From Octopus vulgaris (Eukaryota): 64,000 bases of DNA. Where the stretch lies: NCBI GenBank assembly GCA_951406725.2, contig OX597814.1, positions 41,106,001 to 41,170,000 on the forward strand. Reading direction: 5' to 3'. Positions 27,839-42,461 of the stretch are shown here, piece by piece. A program made the position numbers and the translations under genes. The notes under the pieces were generated by a model. The model did no database searches, had not been told where the DNA came from, and saw only the letters and a program-made list of their open reading frames with translations. How positions within the stretch are numbered: the first letter of the stretch is position 1; every line of letters starts with the position of its first letter.

Positions 27839-30383
27839 GCACACACACACACTCACGGCATAGAGTCAAATCTAAATTATATGTAGTGCAAACTTTCCCA
27901 CATGACTAGCAATGGATAATTATGCGAATATTCATTTTCGTATTTATATGTGTCGAAGTACACACTTACATTCTCAAACATTTTATTATGACGATATATT
28001 ATTTAAAGCTTTCAGCAGCTGCAATTTCCTGATGACTGTCTATTGAATATAATGTTCACATTCCGTATGAAGTAAGTGATGTTATTTAGTCACTTATCTT
28101 CTGAGAATTTATGGTGTGTTTGTTTGAAACGTCTTTCTATCTATGTAATATCTTTCTACACACGAAATCTCGAAACGTATTATTAGACAAGTCTGTATAT
28201 TTTCACACAATGAAATAATATGATAAAATATGAAGTAGTACAACACTTAGACGAAATGTTTTGACATCAAACCTGTGAAATTGGGTTTCCTTCACACATT
28301 ACAATTGATTGTATCCTTCCTATTATGCTGCACTTGAATATAAATCCGCTCACACATTAGGATACTTCTACATACACGCATGTACAAACGCTATTCAGCG
28401 TGGCTATATCTGTGTAAGTACGTTTGAATTCAAACACTAGTACAGATGCGCACAAACACACATATACACACCTCACCCACATACTCTCACACGCACTTCC
28501 TCACTTTCTTTCTTTCTTTCTTTCTTTCTCTCTCTCTTTTTCTCTATCATTTTTCCCTCCCACACACATCCACAGCTAGGTATATACCATTGAAAGTAGA
28601 TTTTATAATTGTGTGCCTATATATTTGCAATTACTTCCTGCGCTGGTATGTTTATTTGCCTCTTACTCATTATTATCTATGTTAAATGTAATTAATGATA
28701 AGTATTCTCACGAGAGAACGACGCATATTTCAGTCTTTATTTATATTATATGTTTATATATCACGCAGTTTAACTTCATTGCAAATTCAATTAAATTAAT
28801 TTTGTAGTTTTACTTGATATTTCTTTTTTGTTTCTCTGACAAAAAATTGTAGATACCTTATTCAATGCCGACTTTTTTCTTTTTTTTTTTGTTAATCAAG
28901 GCATAAGTTCTTCTATTCTAAGCTTCAACTAAACTGGAGAGTACATCTTAAGTTATAGTTTTCTAAGTATAGCAAAGGAAGTACATTACCTAATCCAGCT
29001 TCTCCCACCATACTTATTTATGATCGAAAATGAAATATCTGCTGAATTGCCAAGTTTGAAAATATATTTACAGATATTGAAGTTTAAATGCACATTTCGA
29101 GTGGCAAATGTCATAGATCTATTAGAATTAAATGATATCCGCCAGGAGAATCAACATAATTCTCTCTAACAAAGTTCAATCGTTGTAACACCAATTAGAT
29201 CTGTTCAAATAGAACTTCAATGCTATCATTTCACTCCATCTGTAAATTATTCCTTGCGTATATAAATCTCTAGATAATTTGTCTATCTTCAGTTTTCACC
29301 TCATTTCGTATATTATCAGAAACGAAAAGACAATATTCTTTATCTATTCCAACATTCTCCTTCTCCACAATTTCATTTAAAGTATTTCTTCACTCTTTGT
29401 CTGTTATCGTATCTCACTGGAATAACAGTCAATAATTTATAATAATAATTTGTTCTGTTATATGGAATACATTCTAGTACCCAATTGGCAAATGTTCAAG
29501 TAATCTCCAGAATTTCAAAGGATGATTGTTGGATTTGTCATATGTTTCCAAATGAGACTCTGCTTAGTTTGAATAACTTAAACCTGTATCGAAAAATTTA
29601 GTAGTGTCCATTTAAAATGAAATACCAAAAGGAAACTGCTGAGATATTCAACATAAATATCTTTCCATGCTACCTGATATTTTCTATCATTCATTCACGA
29701 TTTCTTATAAAGTATATCGTAGTGTGTAGCTTTTGTTTCTTTTACATAGACTAAATTAGTTATTTGCCATATAGAAGCTATTATTCACCATAAAATTGAT
29801 AAGACATTATAATGATTTACTAATATTATTAATCATCGGCTAACCCTATTTAAATCTTAAAAACAGTCATTATTTACCTACTGGATTTTAATGTATTTCT
29901 CTGCATGTAAAGTTGACAATTGAAATATAAATTTTGGTTTTATAAAATATTGGGCAGAATATTTCTATATTTATATATAATTTAATAAATATATTTTTAG
30001 TTAAGTATTATACAATTTTTCTACCAATTGTTATATTCATATTTACTTTAGATTTTGTTAATGTGTTTTGATTATACAGATGGTTGATAATGAATAGTTT
30101 CTATTATATAAAATAAGTAAATATAATATTACCATTCCAAAAAGGTAATACATACATTCTGAAAATAGTACCATCAATATACCAGACAAATCTAAAAACT
30201 GAAATCAAGAAATATATATTTAAGTAGATATATTTCTATTTAAGATTGTACAGGAATTACACATTTTAAAAAAATATTGGATATATGGGTATAAGTTAAT
30301 TGATATTGTTATGTAGAATAACTTAGATTGTGCCAAATCGATTGTCTTCTCTCTCTTCATTTTTATTCAGAGAATGGGAGATA

Positions 30384-30459
<76 letters not shown>

Positions 30460-30773
30460 TATATGTGTGTGTGTATGTGTGTGAAATATTTCAATATAAC
30501 TAGTTACTGAATAATATCTCAGTATTAGAAATTTCTTTTTCAAAAACGTGATTTATATGAATGGAGAGAACAAACTTTTAAGGGATAGATTTCAAGTATA
30601 TTTCGAAAGATGAAATTTAAAGCTGGAGCCAGTTTCAGTAACTCATAAATTAACTGGTAATTTTACTGGTAGTTTTCATTATAGAGGGCAATACATTTAA
30701 CCTCAAGTAACTACAGGAGCAGTATTGGTACGAAAGCAATAAAATACATACATATATACATACATACAAATAT

Positions 30774-30845
<72 letters not shown>

Positions 30846-30853
30846 TATGTATA

Positions 30854-30943
<90 letters not shown>

Positions 30944-31177
30944 CGCACATATATATGCATATATACATATATGTACGTACCTACCTCTACATGTATATAT
31001 ACATGCATATATGGGTACAGGACGCCCCAAAAAACGTCGAACACAATGATAAACGAATATGCATGTATATATATATGTAGAGGTAGGTACGTACATATAT
31101 GAATGTATATATGCATACGTTTTATTTATTAATTTATTATATGACGGAACACACGCATCCATTTCTAAGTAAGATTG

Positions 31178-31235
<58 letters not shown>

Positions 31236-31253
31236 TATATGGATAGATTGATG

Positions 31254-31305
<52 letters not shown>

Positions 31306-31306
31306 T

Positions 31307-31337
<31 letters not shown>

Positions 31338-32655
31338 TAGATATATACACAGACATTTAAATAGACATGGTTATATTCCAGTCTCCTGATCTAAGTTATA
31401 TATTGTCCTAAGACAAAGACAGCTGTTTACTACAGAAAGCATTCAGAAATGGATAAAATTTGTCATAGTCAGGATTGAGTTATATTAAGTTAAATGACTA
31501 AATACTTCAAATGAATATTGAACAGATGGGTAACTCAGCTTTCACTAATTTGGAAATCGTAGCAGAATACTAATTATAATTTTACATTTAACTATCATAA
31601 ATCAAATTTGACCTGTGTGTGTACAGTCTTTAGAATTTACTTCGTCTGTGTGTGAGTGGGCGTCTTTTTGGATGCCCGAGCTCGTATACATGTCATGATA
31701 CGTGCGAAATGTGCCCACAAATTCCGTTCTATTACTAATTAAATGACAGATTTAGTATAATTTGTGGATGAGTTTAACAAAACAAATGAAAATTTCTGTC
31801 AGAGTTACCGATTACCGGAATTGTCAGATGCTCGGATATATTCCATTCCAGTCTGTGTTCAAATTCAACAGTAGTCTACATCGTGTTTCGTCTTGTGTTC
31901 TCGGTAAATTTTATTCCTAATCACATACTGGGACAGATGCAAACTGCGATCCCTCAGCTCGGAACAATGTTGGACATGCACCTGTTTTAGTATGAATATT
32001 TGTTTCTTTTCCTTTTTATCCATATAACTGTTTGAAATGTACCTGAAACTGTTAAATATTTATAGAACGTTGCTGACTTTCAGAGTAAATTGACAATAAT
32101 CATGTGACGTGAAAACTAGATATTTGCTATATAAAACGGATAGAACATATGTGACATGCATCAGAATAATATGGGAGACTATGTTGTTTGTAAAACCGAA
32201 TGATGTGAACCATGATATATACAACACGTTTAAATTTAAGAAACAAGAGTATGCAGCTCTTAAAATACGAATTATTTCATAAATATTAATTGTTATTGAG
32301 ATAAAAGCTTTTGATACATTTTGCAAATTACAGAGGCTTTGTTAATATGTATGTGTGCATATACATATATGTGAGTGTGTGTGTGGGGGGGTTAAGTATG
32401 TGTGTGTGTGATTGTTCCTGGTTCAGTGTCGAGATTACGATCGTGAGTTTGTGAATTCAATTCCCTGACCGAGTTGCGTTTTGTCTTCTTGGTGTGGAGA
32501 AGGGAAGCCGGAATGCATGGACTACTGCTGTTATTCATAAAAAAAACAACCCTAGGTTGTGCGTTTGCTGGTAAGGCAACTTTCCGCTCAGACTAGTACC
32601 CTCGAAGGGAATCTCTTAGGTTCACACATGGTCATTCGTCTCCGACGGAGTAAAG

Positions 32656-32716
<61 letters not shown>

Positions 32717-32724
32717 TTCTTCTT

Positions 32725-32925
32725 CTTTTACTTGTTTCAGTCATTTGACTGCGGCCATGCTGGAGCACCGCCTTTAGTCGAACAAATCGACCCCGGGACT
32801 TATTCTACTTATTATATCGGTCTGTCTCTTTTTGCCGAAACGCTAAGTGACAGGGACGTAAACACACCAGCATTGGTTGTCAAGCAATGCTATGGGGACA
32901 AACACAGACACACAAACACACACGC

Positions 32926-32963
<38 letters not shown>

Positions 32964-32992
32964 TACCACAGGCTTCTCTCAGTTTCCGTCTA
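32725..32992 (-). mobile_element. SINE 3' part (family of 23597)
   Basis: TACTTGTTTCAGTCATTTGACTGCGGCCATGCTGGAGCACCGCCTTTAGTCG... is nearly identical to 14290 onward. Confidence 0.88.
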
Positions 32993-34024
32993 ATATATAT
33001 ATATATATATATATATAAATATATATATATGTATATATATATGTATGTATGTATATATACATACATACATATTTAAAGACAGAGAGAGTGAGAGAAAATG
33101 GCACAAATAAACAAGTAAAACATCTTGGGTTTGATGTATAGAATATACATACAACGATGAATATAGATATTTATTGATTGATTTATCGACAAAGTAAACT
33201 GACAAAGAGTTGAAGGATACAGAAAATTAAAGGTGAGGCTGTATGGTGTAACAAGTCCTATAATTGTGACTGGGTTTTAGAATTACTTCATAATATTGGC
33301 CGATTTAGTTCACAAAAATATGATCTACCCAATATTTATATCTTTCGAGAAGTGGAAGCATATAATCATAGAGGAGATCACGACATTTTTCACTGTGTGG
33401 AGAGATAAATATCTAACATTACAAATTATATACGGAGAAATTTAAAGTCAGAGTGAGCGAAGAGGAAAGCAAGCAGTAGTGAGTGCAGAGAGGAAGTAGG
33501 CAGCTTGATTGGTGTATGGGAAGTGTTGAAACAAGGAAGATATAGAACAGTTACACAAAGAAGAAAGTGGAGCTGAGTGAACAGGTACAGGAAGAAATAG
33601 GAATGGTGAACTTATAACAATTCAAGGAGCTACAAGCTTTTTTGAAATAATTAATTGAAAAACAAGAAAAATAACTAGGTGTCTATTTCCTATGGGAAAA
33701 ACTTCTAACCACTTAACTCTAAATAAGGTGATTCTCTCACTGAAATGATTATAAATGATTATCATATACCCACAGCTAAGTTTACGAAATATAACTGTTA
33801 TTCGTTATATCCGAACTTAATATTAGGCAAGCAATTATAAATTAAGATTTACTAGACGTATTCATTTTCATAAATTTGAAATTGAATAACAAAGTTCCTT
33901 AACGACAAATACGTATTGACAAAGAATTTATATAAAGAAAAAAAATATTAGAGTTTGTATGAATTACAACAATAATATACCAAATATTGTGGGATGGTTT
34001 CAATAAAGTATTATCGTCACATCG

Positions 34025-34210
34025 ATTTTAAATTTTGGCACAAGGTCAGTCATTGCGGAAGTGGGGAGTAGTCGAAAGCATCGAATCCAGTACTCCATTA
34101 ATGCTTATTGACCCCGCATTGATGAAAGACAAAGTCGACATCGGTGGCATTTGAACCCAAAAAGTAGCGATGGACGAAATGCTAACGATTCAGCTAGCTC
34201 GCCGGCTTAA
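34025..34210 (-). mobile_element. SINE (family of 22405)
   Basis: GACCCCGCATTGATGAAAGACAAAGTCGACATCGGTGGCATTTGAACCC. Confidence 0.7.
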
Positions 34211-34833
34211 GTATAACTATTATATTACGGCTCAACAAAAATATGGAAATTGTATGTGATTCATTGACACAATTATCTATGTGAGTTTTTCGTACGTAGG
34301 TTTACAAACTCAGTAAAACTTTTGATACAGTTTCATATAAATGATAAATGTATATAAATATACGTTTTAAGAATATTATTGAAATATTTAAAGGCGTCGT
34401 TAAACAGATCGAAATATTACAAAAATTAAATAACGATTCAAATACTTCAGTATCAATTGAGAAAAGTGCAAAATTAACATATGCACCTAGTAATTAAGTT
34501 AGAACAACAAATGGATATTATTTTAGAGCATGGCGAAGTGTTTTGAAGTAGATGGGATAAAATAATCAAGGAAAATAGTTATTTTAACGAGCCATGTTTT
34601 GTGTACGAGTATTTGGTAAGTTATAAAACAAAAACATATATATAAACAAACGCATGCATACACACATGTTGACAGACACATACACACACATACGTATATA
34701 CGTATATGAACTGATTTATGCATTTGTGCATCAGTGTGTATGGTGTGTTAACGTTCATTCTTACACACTCATCCACACGCACATGATTCTTTATGTGTGT
34801 ATGTGTTTGCGTATGTGTGTATATTTGTATTTC

Positions 34834-34908
<75 letters not shown>

Positions 34909-35399
34909 ACGCGCGCGATGCAATTTGTATTTCGGTATGTGTACAACTATTTTCATAAACACAAGATATTAAGCACGGAAAACTGATATGGTATAAGAGA
35001 GGCAAAATTAAATAGATTTTAAATCGTTTTGTACTGACTTGACTTAACAGTGCGTAGTGACAAAAGTGTGTTTTCCATTATTCTTTAATTCCCTATGAAT
35101 AACTCATTTCCCCGTCGTCCGGCATTCGCAAACACGTTCCTAAGATTGTGAGTACAAGAGAGTAAACATTACACATAAATACATTGATGTAGGTATTATA
35201 CGCAGACAAGAGTCGATTGAGACGTTCATGAACAAAACAAGATATCGAATGTTTCCAAATTAGTTTATTTCTTGAAGCATCTTTCATCCTGTTGGTTAAA
35301 ACGTTATCAACGTTAGATATGACATCGTTATGAAAGTGATAACGAGAGTTTATTTAATGTTGTCTAACAGACTACTGGCCGATGCTGCCAGCTTTGGAG

Positions 35400-36180
35400 A
35401 AGAGGGAGAGCAGTCAACAAGTTAAAAGCTAAAGTTACGCACAACAGTCACTGAAGCCAAGGACTTGTGTGCTGGAGTATTTTTCCGATGAAACTTGACA
35501 ACATTTTTGCTTTTCCTGACAATTTGGTATTGAAAGACTTTCGTAATTGTCTCAGAATCAAGGGGTGATAAACATTTGAAGATATTCAGTATACTCAATG
35601 ACTTTTGTATCTGCATAAGAGATGAACTGGCCTTCTTTGGTGTAGGTAAGGTGGGGTGCTTCCATTAGATAGACTGGATTATCTCTTTGTCTCGCATCAA
35701 GGTGATGTAATCAAATCTTATCCTTGGTTGGGAAGCGTTGAAGGAAACTAACTGGATCAACTTCAAACAATGTCATATTTCTCCGTGATATGATCAGTCT
35801 GTTCCCATTTGACCAGGTATAAGATAAGTGCCACTCACCGAACATATCCTCTTCGTCATAAATGTTCATGATATTGTCAAAGCTCTCGAGTGATAGCTTA
35901 ATAGCATTTACCCTTTGATTTACAGTTAATTGCCTCTCATAAATCACCATGTGGTGAACGCGAACAATGTTTTCATCGGAGGTGGCAGATGCAGAATGTT
36001 CAGAACATGGTTCATCTTGAAGACTTTCCTTTGCCCTCCGCAGTTCAGTTGCCTACATTTGCACTGTTGATAAAATTTGAACATCAATCCCTATTGTAAC
36101 AGACATGTCGGCATGAATGTCATTCTGGGCTAAATTTTTTGTCTATAAACTTTAGAAGGATATGATGCCAAATTTTGTTC
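35400..36180 (-). mobile_element. Decayed mariner transposase
   Basis: Minus strand reads AELRRAKESLQDEPCSEHSA (WxxEFxRGRxSLEDEPRSGRP), MVIYERQLTVNQRVNAIKLS, DPVSFLQRFPTKDKI and KFHRKNTPAHKS (HHDNAPAH). Confidence 0.8.
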
Positions 36181-36671
36181 CATTGTCAAGAAACGTCGCT
36201 ACTAGTTACATGTGATTTCCTATTTGAGAAATCAGCTATCATGTTCCTTGGATATAAGCAATGCAGTTATTAATAAGACGTGTTGAAATTAATGTACTCA
36301 AGATTCCACAGCTTTGTCGTCACTGCATTATAGTTACCCTATGACACTCTGCAGCTGTATATATAACTTTCCTCAGATATATCATTTACTGTGCTAACGC
36401 TTCAACCTATGTTAACCAGAATGACACAAAGTGCCATGTATACCTTAATCAGGACTCTGTCAAAGAAATGTATAATAATCATACATGTTTATTAATACCC
36501 GAGGACGTAAGTAGGGCACAAACTTTCAAAATATGTGTACAACTTAAAATACAAAGCAATCTCGCACTACACTATTAAATGACATGGTATAAATTCACAA
36601 CTTACTTATTTGTCTGGCAAACATGTATTATAAATATATATACATATACACTCACACACACACACACATAA

Positions 36672-36763
<92 letters not shown>

Positions 36764-36769
36764 TGTTGT

Positions 36770-37265
36770 GATCGCCTTCGGTCACGAATGACCATGGGAT
36801 TGCACCTATAATGTTCACCTTCGAGGCACAAATCTGTCAAGATTGTTTATGGAAGACCAGCATTAACCCATACATACCAGCCACCCCTCTCCACACCACT
36901 GATATTATCCAAGGGAAAGACAAAGGCTGATACAGCTTGGAACCAGTGACGTCGCAGCTCATTTATTAACGTGCAAGTTGCTGAGCACTTCTCAGACACA
37001 TTAACGTAGTTCTCAGGGAGATTAAGCGTGACACAGAGTGTGGCAAGACTTGTCCTTTGAAATACAGATACAATCGAACAGGAAGAAAGGGTGAGAGGAA
37101 GTTGTAGTGAAAGAGTACAGCAGGGTTCACCTCCTCCCTGCCGGAGTCTCATGGAGCTGTAGGGGTTTCCGGTCAATAAACACTCACAATGCCCGGTCTG
37201 GGAATCGAAACTACGATCCTACGTCCGCGAGTCCGGTGACCTAACCACTGGGCCATTTCACCTCC
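36770..37265 (-). mobile_element. tRNA-derived SINE
   Basis: Minus-strand head TGGCCCAGTGGTTAGG...GTTTCGATTCCCAGACCGGGC (A and B boxes). It shares the body ATTAACGTGCAA..GCTGAGCA...GCGTGACACAGAG with 53716-54030. Confidence 0.85.
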
Positions 37266-37276
37266 ACACACACGCA

Positions 37277-37346
<70 letters not shown>

Positions 37347-37356
37347 CACAAATATA

Positions 37357-37535
37357 AGAGAGGGTCCATTATGTGGACGCTCTTGCGCTAAAAAAAGATC
37401 CGCAATGGTCTCAACCACCAATAATTGTTCCCACGTTCATAGTTGTGCTAATTCTCCTTGGGAACAATTCTTGGTGGTTGAGTTCATTGTGGATCTATTT
37501 TTAGCGCAAGAGCGTCCACATAGTGGACCCACTCT
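37357..37535. repeat. Inverted repeat (~77 bp arms, ~25 nt spacer)
   Basis: GGGTCCATTATGTGGACGCTCTTGCGCTAAAAA...TTGTTCCCA pairs with TGGGAACAA...TTTTTAGCGCAAGAGCGTCCACATAGTGGACCC, with few mismatches. Confidence 0.95.
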
Positions 37536-38082
37536 AATTTTTGTTCATTAATTTTTACTGTATCCCATTTTTATGCGCTAAACCACTTGGTGTTAAATTG
37601 ATGTTATTAAATTAATATCCAATTTTATCACCCTTATTTTTTATATGTTTGTTTGTATTCCACCTGCCTTCGTCTTTTGTTTATTTCCGTAAACCTGTCT
37701 TCGTCTTTTGTCTATTTTCATAAAGCTTCACGTTATATATATATATATATATATATCGGTGAGAAAGTTGGTGTGTGAAAGCACGTGGTTGAATACATAG
37801 AAAATAGTAAAAAGTGAAAAAACTACAGAAGGCTTGTTTTAAAAGGTTAAAAAAATATATATTTGAGTCATTATGTCAGAAGACTGTTATAAATTGTTTT
37901 CAAACAGTGACATAGTTTTTGAAGTAATTACCAGTTTCGTGTTTAACTTTTCAAATTTCTCAAAACATTGTTATGATTTCGTTCGTTAAGAAGTGTAGAG
38001 AAGAGTTCCATGTAAGGGGGGGGGTAATAAGTGATTTCTTCCGGCGTAAGGGAGATAATCGCTTAATATTTCTTGCCTTTTA

Positions 38083-39510
38083 TTAATGGGGTGAGTTTCT
38101 CTGTATAAGAATGTTAGAGTGGTTAAGTTTGGGCTTATATGTTTCAATGAAGAATGTTTCCTTGTTTAGTCTAATTTGTGTTGGTGTTCCAATAGCACAT
38201 TGATAAAATGGAAAGATTAAAAATTGTGGAAGTAGTTGCTTTGCGCATTTCTCAATATGCTCACTAAAGGGTATCATTCTGTATTCTGGGAATGCAATCT
38301 GTTGTCGATGCAGTGTGCATCTACGTCTGAGGGATAGTCCCGTGGACCCCACGTAGTTTTGGTGGCAGCTCGAGCATCTTATGATATAAATTATGTTTTC
38401 AGAGGCACAAGTAAAATTAGATTTGACCTTGAATTTTTGTCCCTCTTTGAAGGGAAATTCTGATCCTTCTAGAAGTTTTGGGCATGTTGCTCAGTTTGGT
38501 CTACCACATTTTTTTTACTTTTGCATCCGTAATTTCAGAAAGCAATTTTGCCTTTGTGAGAATATTTTTAAGTGATTTAGGTTGTTTGTAGCTTTTAATG
38601 ATTTTATGTATGTTTAGAATTTCCTTTAATTTGGGGTCCTTATGAAATATTGGTAAATTCTAGGTGATGATGGTGAAGGCTTCTTTGTTTCTGGGGTTGT
38701 ATGTGGATATGTAAGGCAGTATTTTCGGGGAAGGTGTGTTGTTGTGTTGAACTTTTCTTAAAGATTCTATGTCGATTTCTGTTGCACGTCTGATCCCATC
38801 CTCTATGAGTTGAACTGGGTAGTGTCTGTCAATTAGGGTGTTTTAGAGTTCTTGTAGTCTAAAGTTCCTGGTATTTTGTTCTGACACTATTGTGCATATC
38901 CTTCTTGCAAGGTTGAAAGAGATGTTTGTTTTAGTGTGTCTTGTGTGGCATGAATCAAAAAGTAGGTACTGTTTGGTGTCTGTGGCTTTGTAAAAAATGT
39001 CTGTTTCTATTTTAAGGTTAATTTTTTTAATTAGTATATATAAGAATGGGAGTTCCTCTTGGTTGTATTCCATTGTGAACTGTATATTTGGGTTGATGCT
39101 GTTCAATAGGTTTTTGAATTCTAGGAGTTTATCTGTGTTTTCATTCCTAAGTATAAAACAATCGTCCAGGAGTCGTTTCCAATTCTCTTTTATGTATTGA
39201 GAGAGGGGGTTTCCAAAGGTTGATAAAGATTCCTGGTAAATAATTATTTCCATGTAGCCCATTGTTAGATTCGCAATGACTGGTGCTGCCCTTGTACCCA
39301 TAGCAATTCCGGATTTTTGACGGTAAAATGTATCGTCAAACATGAAGTGGTTATTATGTATGATGAATTCAACCGATTTAGTAATGAATTATTTACTGAT
39401 TCTTTTTGGTATTTCTGCCGGAAATTGGTCCAGCTAGAACTGTATTGCCTCTAGTCCATAATTATGAGTTATACTGGTATATAAATTAACTACATCAAAT
39501 GAAATCTTGA
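38083..39510 (-). mobile_element. Penelope-like retroelement (RT plus GIY-YIG), disrupted
   Basis: FDDTFYRQKSGIAMGTRAAPVIANLTMGYME...WKRLLDDCFIL...INPNIQFTME...FYKATDTKQYLLFDSCH (PLE RT), followed by NLIYIIRCSSCHQNYVGSTG...HRQQI...SEHI...FLIFPFY...KETFFIETYKPKLN (GIY-YIG). Confidence 0.93.
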
Positions 39511-39529
39511 TTGTTTCTTCCTTGGCTTT

Positions 39530-41260
39530 TTTGGGAAGGTGGTTTAACATATCCAAGTCATCTCCAAAAAGTCATCACAGAGAAACTCACCCCATTAAAA
39601 AAAAGGCAAGAAATTTTAAGCGATTATCTCCCTTACACCGGAAGAAATCACTTATTACATCCCCTTACCTGGCTAACTGAACTGGTCATTCTGTATCTCA
39701 CTGATCTTAGTTGGACTGTCTGTGAGGGAGCCATCCTTTTGGAGGAGGGTCCTATCTTGTAGTACACTGATACTGTTTCTTTCGCGTAATGAAAGAAGGC
39801 TTTTGGGTCTGATTTAATATGTTTTATAACCCAGGATTCTTTGTCTGCTTTCTCCTTCACATAGGATTGTTGCGGCCTTTTTTCGATCTCCATCAGTGTT
39901 ATTTTTGGCGGGACGTTTCGCTAGTTTTGTGATGTTGGTTGAGACGATTTGTAACCTTCGTCCCTCGTCTCATGAGGATCTTCCTTTCTCTTGGAATCTT
40001 GCTCCTATTTGTTTTGGCCTTGTGCTCTGGGACATATTTCTGGCATAAGCTTGCACAGAATACATGAAACATTCTAGTTTCATGTCAATGTCTGGTGTGG
40101 AGAGTCATTCCGGCCAGTCCTCTCTGAGGATCTCTTTTTGGATCGATTTCCAATCTGCTTTGTGGAAGTTCAGATTGGAGAGATTTCGGGTGCTTCCTTT
40201 AGGCTGTATGTCTCTGGTTACATTTGGCCCAAACATAGACAGCTCTATTATGTTGTTATCCGAAACTGATGTCGGTGTTAATTTCACATCGTGAATGATG
40301 TCCATATTGTTCGTGAAGCAGAGATCCAGAATGTTATTCGCCCTAGTTCGCTTGAGTACAACTTGCTCCATGAATAAGGCATTGGTGAGGTTGAGCAGGG
40401 ACTCCACCTATACTTGCTTGCAATGATTCATTCCTGAGAGTATGTGACCTTCGGGCCATTTGACGTTGGGGAAGTTGAAATCACCCATAATAAATATGTA
40501 CACGTGGTGTTCCCGATTCATGAGGATTTATTTAATTCTTGTGAGGCAATCTTCAAATTTGCCTGTGTGATTTGGGGCAACCGGTGGGCAATATGTATTG
40601 CATATGACTATATTATGTTGTCTTATGTATACAATTAAAGTGTCACATACCGAATTTGAGTATGTCATTAAGACATGGGGTGTGAGGTCATCTCGGATGT
40701 ATACAGCAACTCCACCATGTATGTTCGCAGTATGGCATAGTTTGGTATGTGTACTTCTGCGTCCTCTATATCAGGGTTGAGATGAGTTTCCACAAGTGCT
40801 ATGCATAGGGCTTGATTGCATGCAGTAAGATCTCTCAGGAAAGAAATTTTGTTTCTATTTTGATGCAACAGGCGCCCAATATTTAGTAAAAGTATTGGGG
40901 TGACGGCTGTGCAGGCGTTAGGGGAGGCCATCCCGTGTCTGTTGACTGTGGTGGTCTTGCATAGTGGTGGGCAGGGTTTCTTCTCTGTGCTTGGTGTAGC
41001 CAGGTTAGCTGCCGGACAATTATTTACGCCATGCATAAAAAAGACTCTTGCTCAGCTGCTGCGTTGCGCAGAACATCTGAGGTGCGCACTTTGTTTTTGA
41101 AAGTTTTCCTGGAAGACATTTTTTGTGTTCCTTCGGTAAAGCTTTTCTCTTTGAGTCCCCTGAAGTTCTGGCGGGGTGTCGGGTGGGAGAATCGGCAGTT
41201 TTTGCCGTCCTCACCATGCCATCATTTGTCCCGCAGGTAGAAGTTACAGGTTCTTCGGTA
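39530..41260 (-). mobile_element. 5' portion of a CR1/L2-group LINE (CCCH-like finger region, APE endonuclease, linker), RT missing
   Basis: LLLNIGRL...IALVETHL...IPNY, IMGDFNFP, TRANNILDLCFTN and SDNNII (APE motifs); NFHKADWKSI; IKSDPKAFFHYAK. Upstream reads CNFYLRDK*WHG..GKNCRFSHP. Confidence 0.85.
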
Positions 41261-41304
41261 CCTTCCAGATTTCTTCTTTCCTTATATACTTATATATGTC
41301 CATG

Positions 41305-42338
41305 GTATACAAATAAGATTCTAATATCTTATGAGTAAAATCCAATAGTATTTAAAATTGGTCATTCCAAGTATAAAGTTTATAAACAGTGTTATTGAAT
41401 GCAAGGTTTTATTTAAAGTGACCCAACATTAGGGAATGTATTAGTAAGGTCAAATCGAAAACAGGAAGGGTGGAATAAAGAAAGAGAAAAAAGTGTTAAA
41501 AGTGAGAAAAAAGAGAAAATAAGAAGAAAATGATAAAATAATAAAAATATAAAAATGAAGTAAAATCAGGAAGAGAGGAATAAAGAAAAGAAAGAAAAAG
41601 GAAAAACAAGGTAGAGATAGTAAGGGAAAGTGTACCATTTAGTGGTCAGTCAAGATAATTTGAAAGTAGGAATGGGGAGATAAGGGTGAAAGAGAGAGAA
41701 ATGTATTAGTGAGTAAAAAGATAGAAGGAATGGGGGTGATAGAGACAGGGGTATAATAAGTAAAGGAGTGACAATTGTGCAGAGGTAGAGTCTAAGTGGC
41801 GGGGCAGAGAGAGGGGTAGCTGTATGGAATGAAGAATTTAGGAATTTGGGTAGTTGGACAGTTCAGTGCTTAGTGGTAGCTGAAAATATATATTTGTTTT
41901 ACACACATATATATTTCCTTCTATCCTTTTGCACACTAATGGCTTTCTCTCTCTGTCACCCTTATCTCCCCATTCCTACTTTCAAATTATCTTGACTGAC
42001 CACTAACTGTTACATTTTCCCTTGCTATCACTTCCTTCTTTTTCCTTTTTCTTTTTTCTTCATTTTCTTTATTTCTCTCTTCCTATCTTTTCTTCATTTT
42101 ATTTTTTTCTTATTTTTTCTTCTTACTTTCTTGTCTTCCATTTCTTTCTTTCCTCTTTTTTCTCTTTCTTTGTTCCTCTCTTCCTGTTTTCGATTATACT
42201 TTATATTCCCTACTTTTAGGTCACATTAACTAAAAACCTTCATTCAATAACATTGTGTATAAACTCTATACTTGGAATGACCAATTTTGAATACTATTGG
42301 ATTTTACTCATAGGATATTGGAATCTTATATTTATACA
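41305..42338. repeat. Long inverted repeat (~400 bp arms 41305-41700 and 41945-42338), probably inverted Penelope-type pseudo-LTRs
   Basis: TATGAGTAAAATCCAATAGTATT...TTGGTCATTCCAAGTATA and GTGGTCAGTCAAGATAATTTGAAAGTAGGAATGGGGAGATAAGGGTGA both have reverse complements in 41945-42338. The right arm runs on into a hammerhead motif. Confidence 0.88.
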
Positions 42339-42461
42339 ATTTTAACTAAATAATGGATCTACAAATAAACAAAATATCTCACATCTATTTTCATTCTCCC
42401 TCCTAACTCTCTATTTCGGATCTTATCGAAATTAACTATTACTTAACCATCCTCTCACACC

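Noticed and set aside
28029-28135. CTGATGA ... GAAACGTC
   Set aside because: No complementary stem I or stem II closing pairs.
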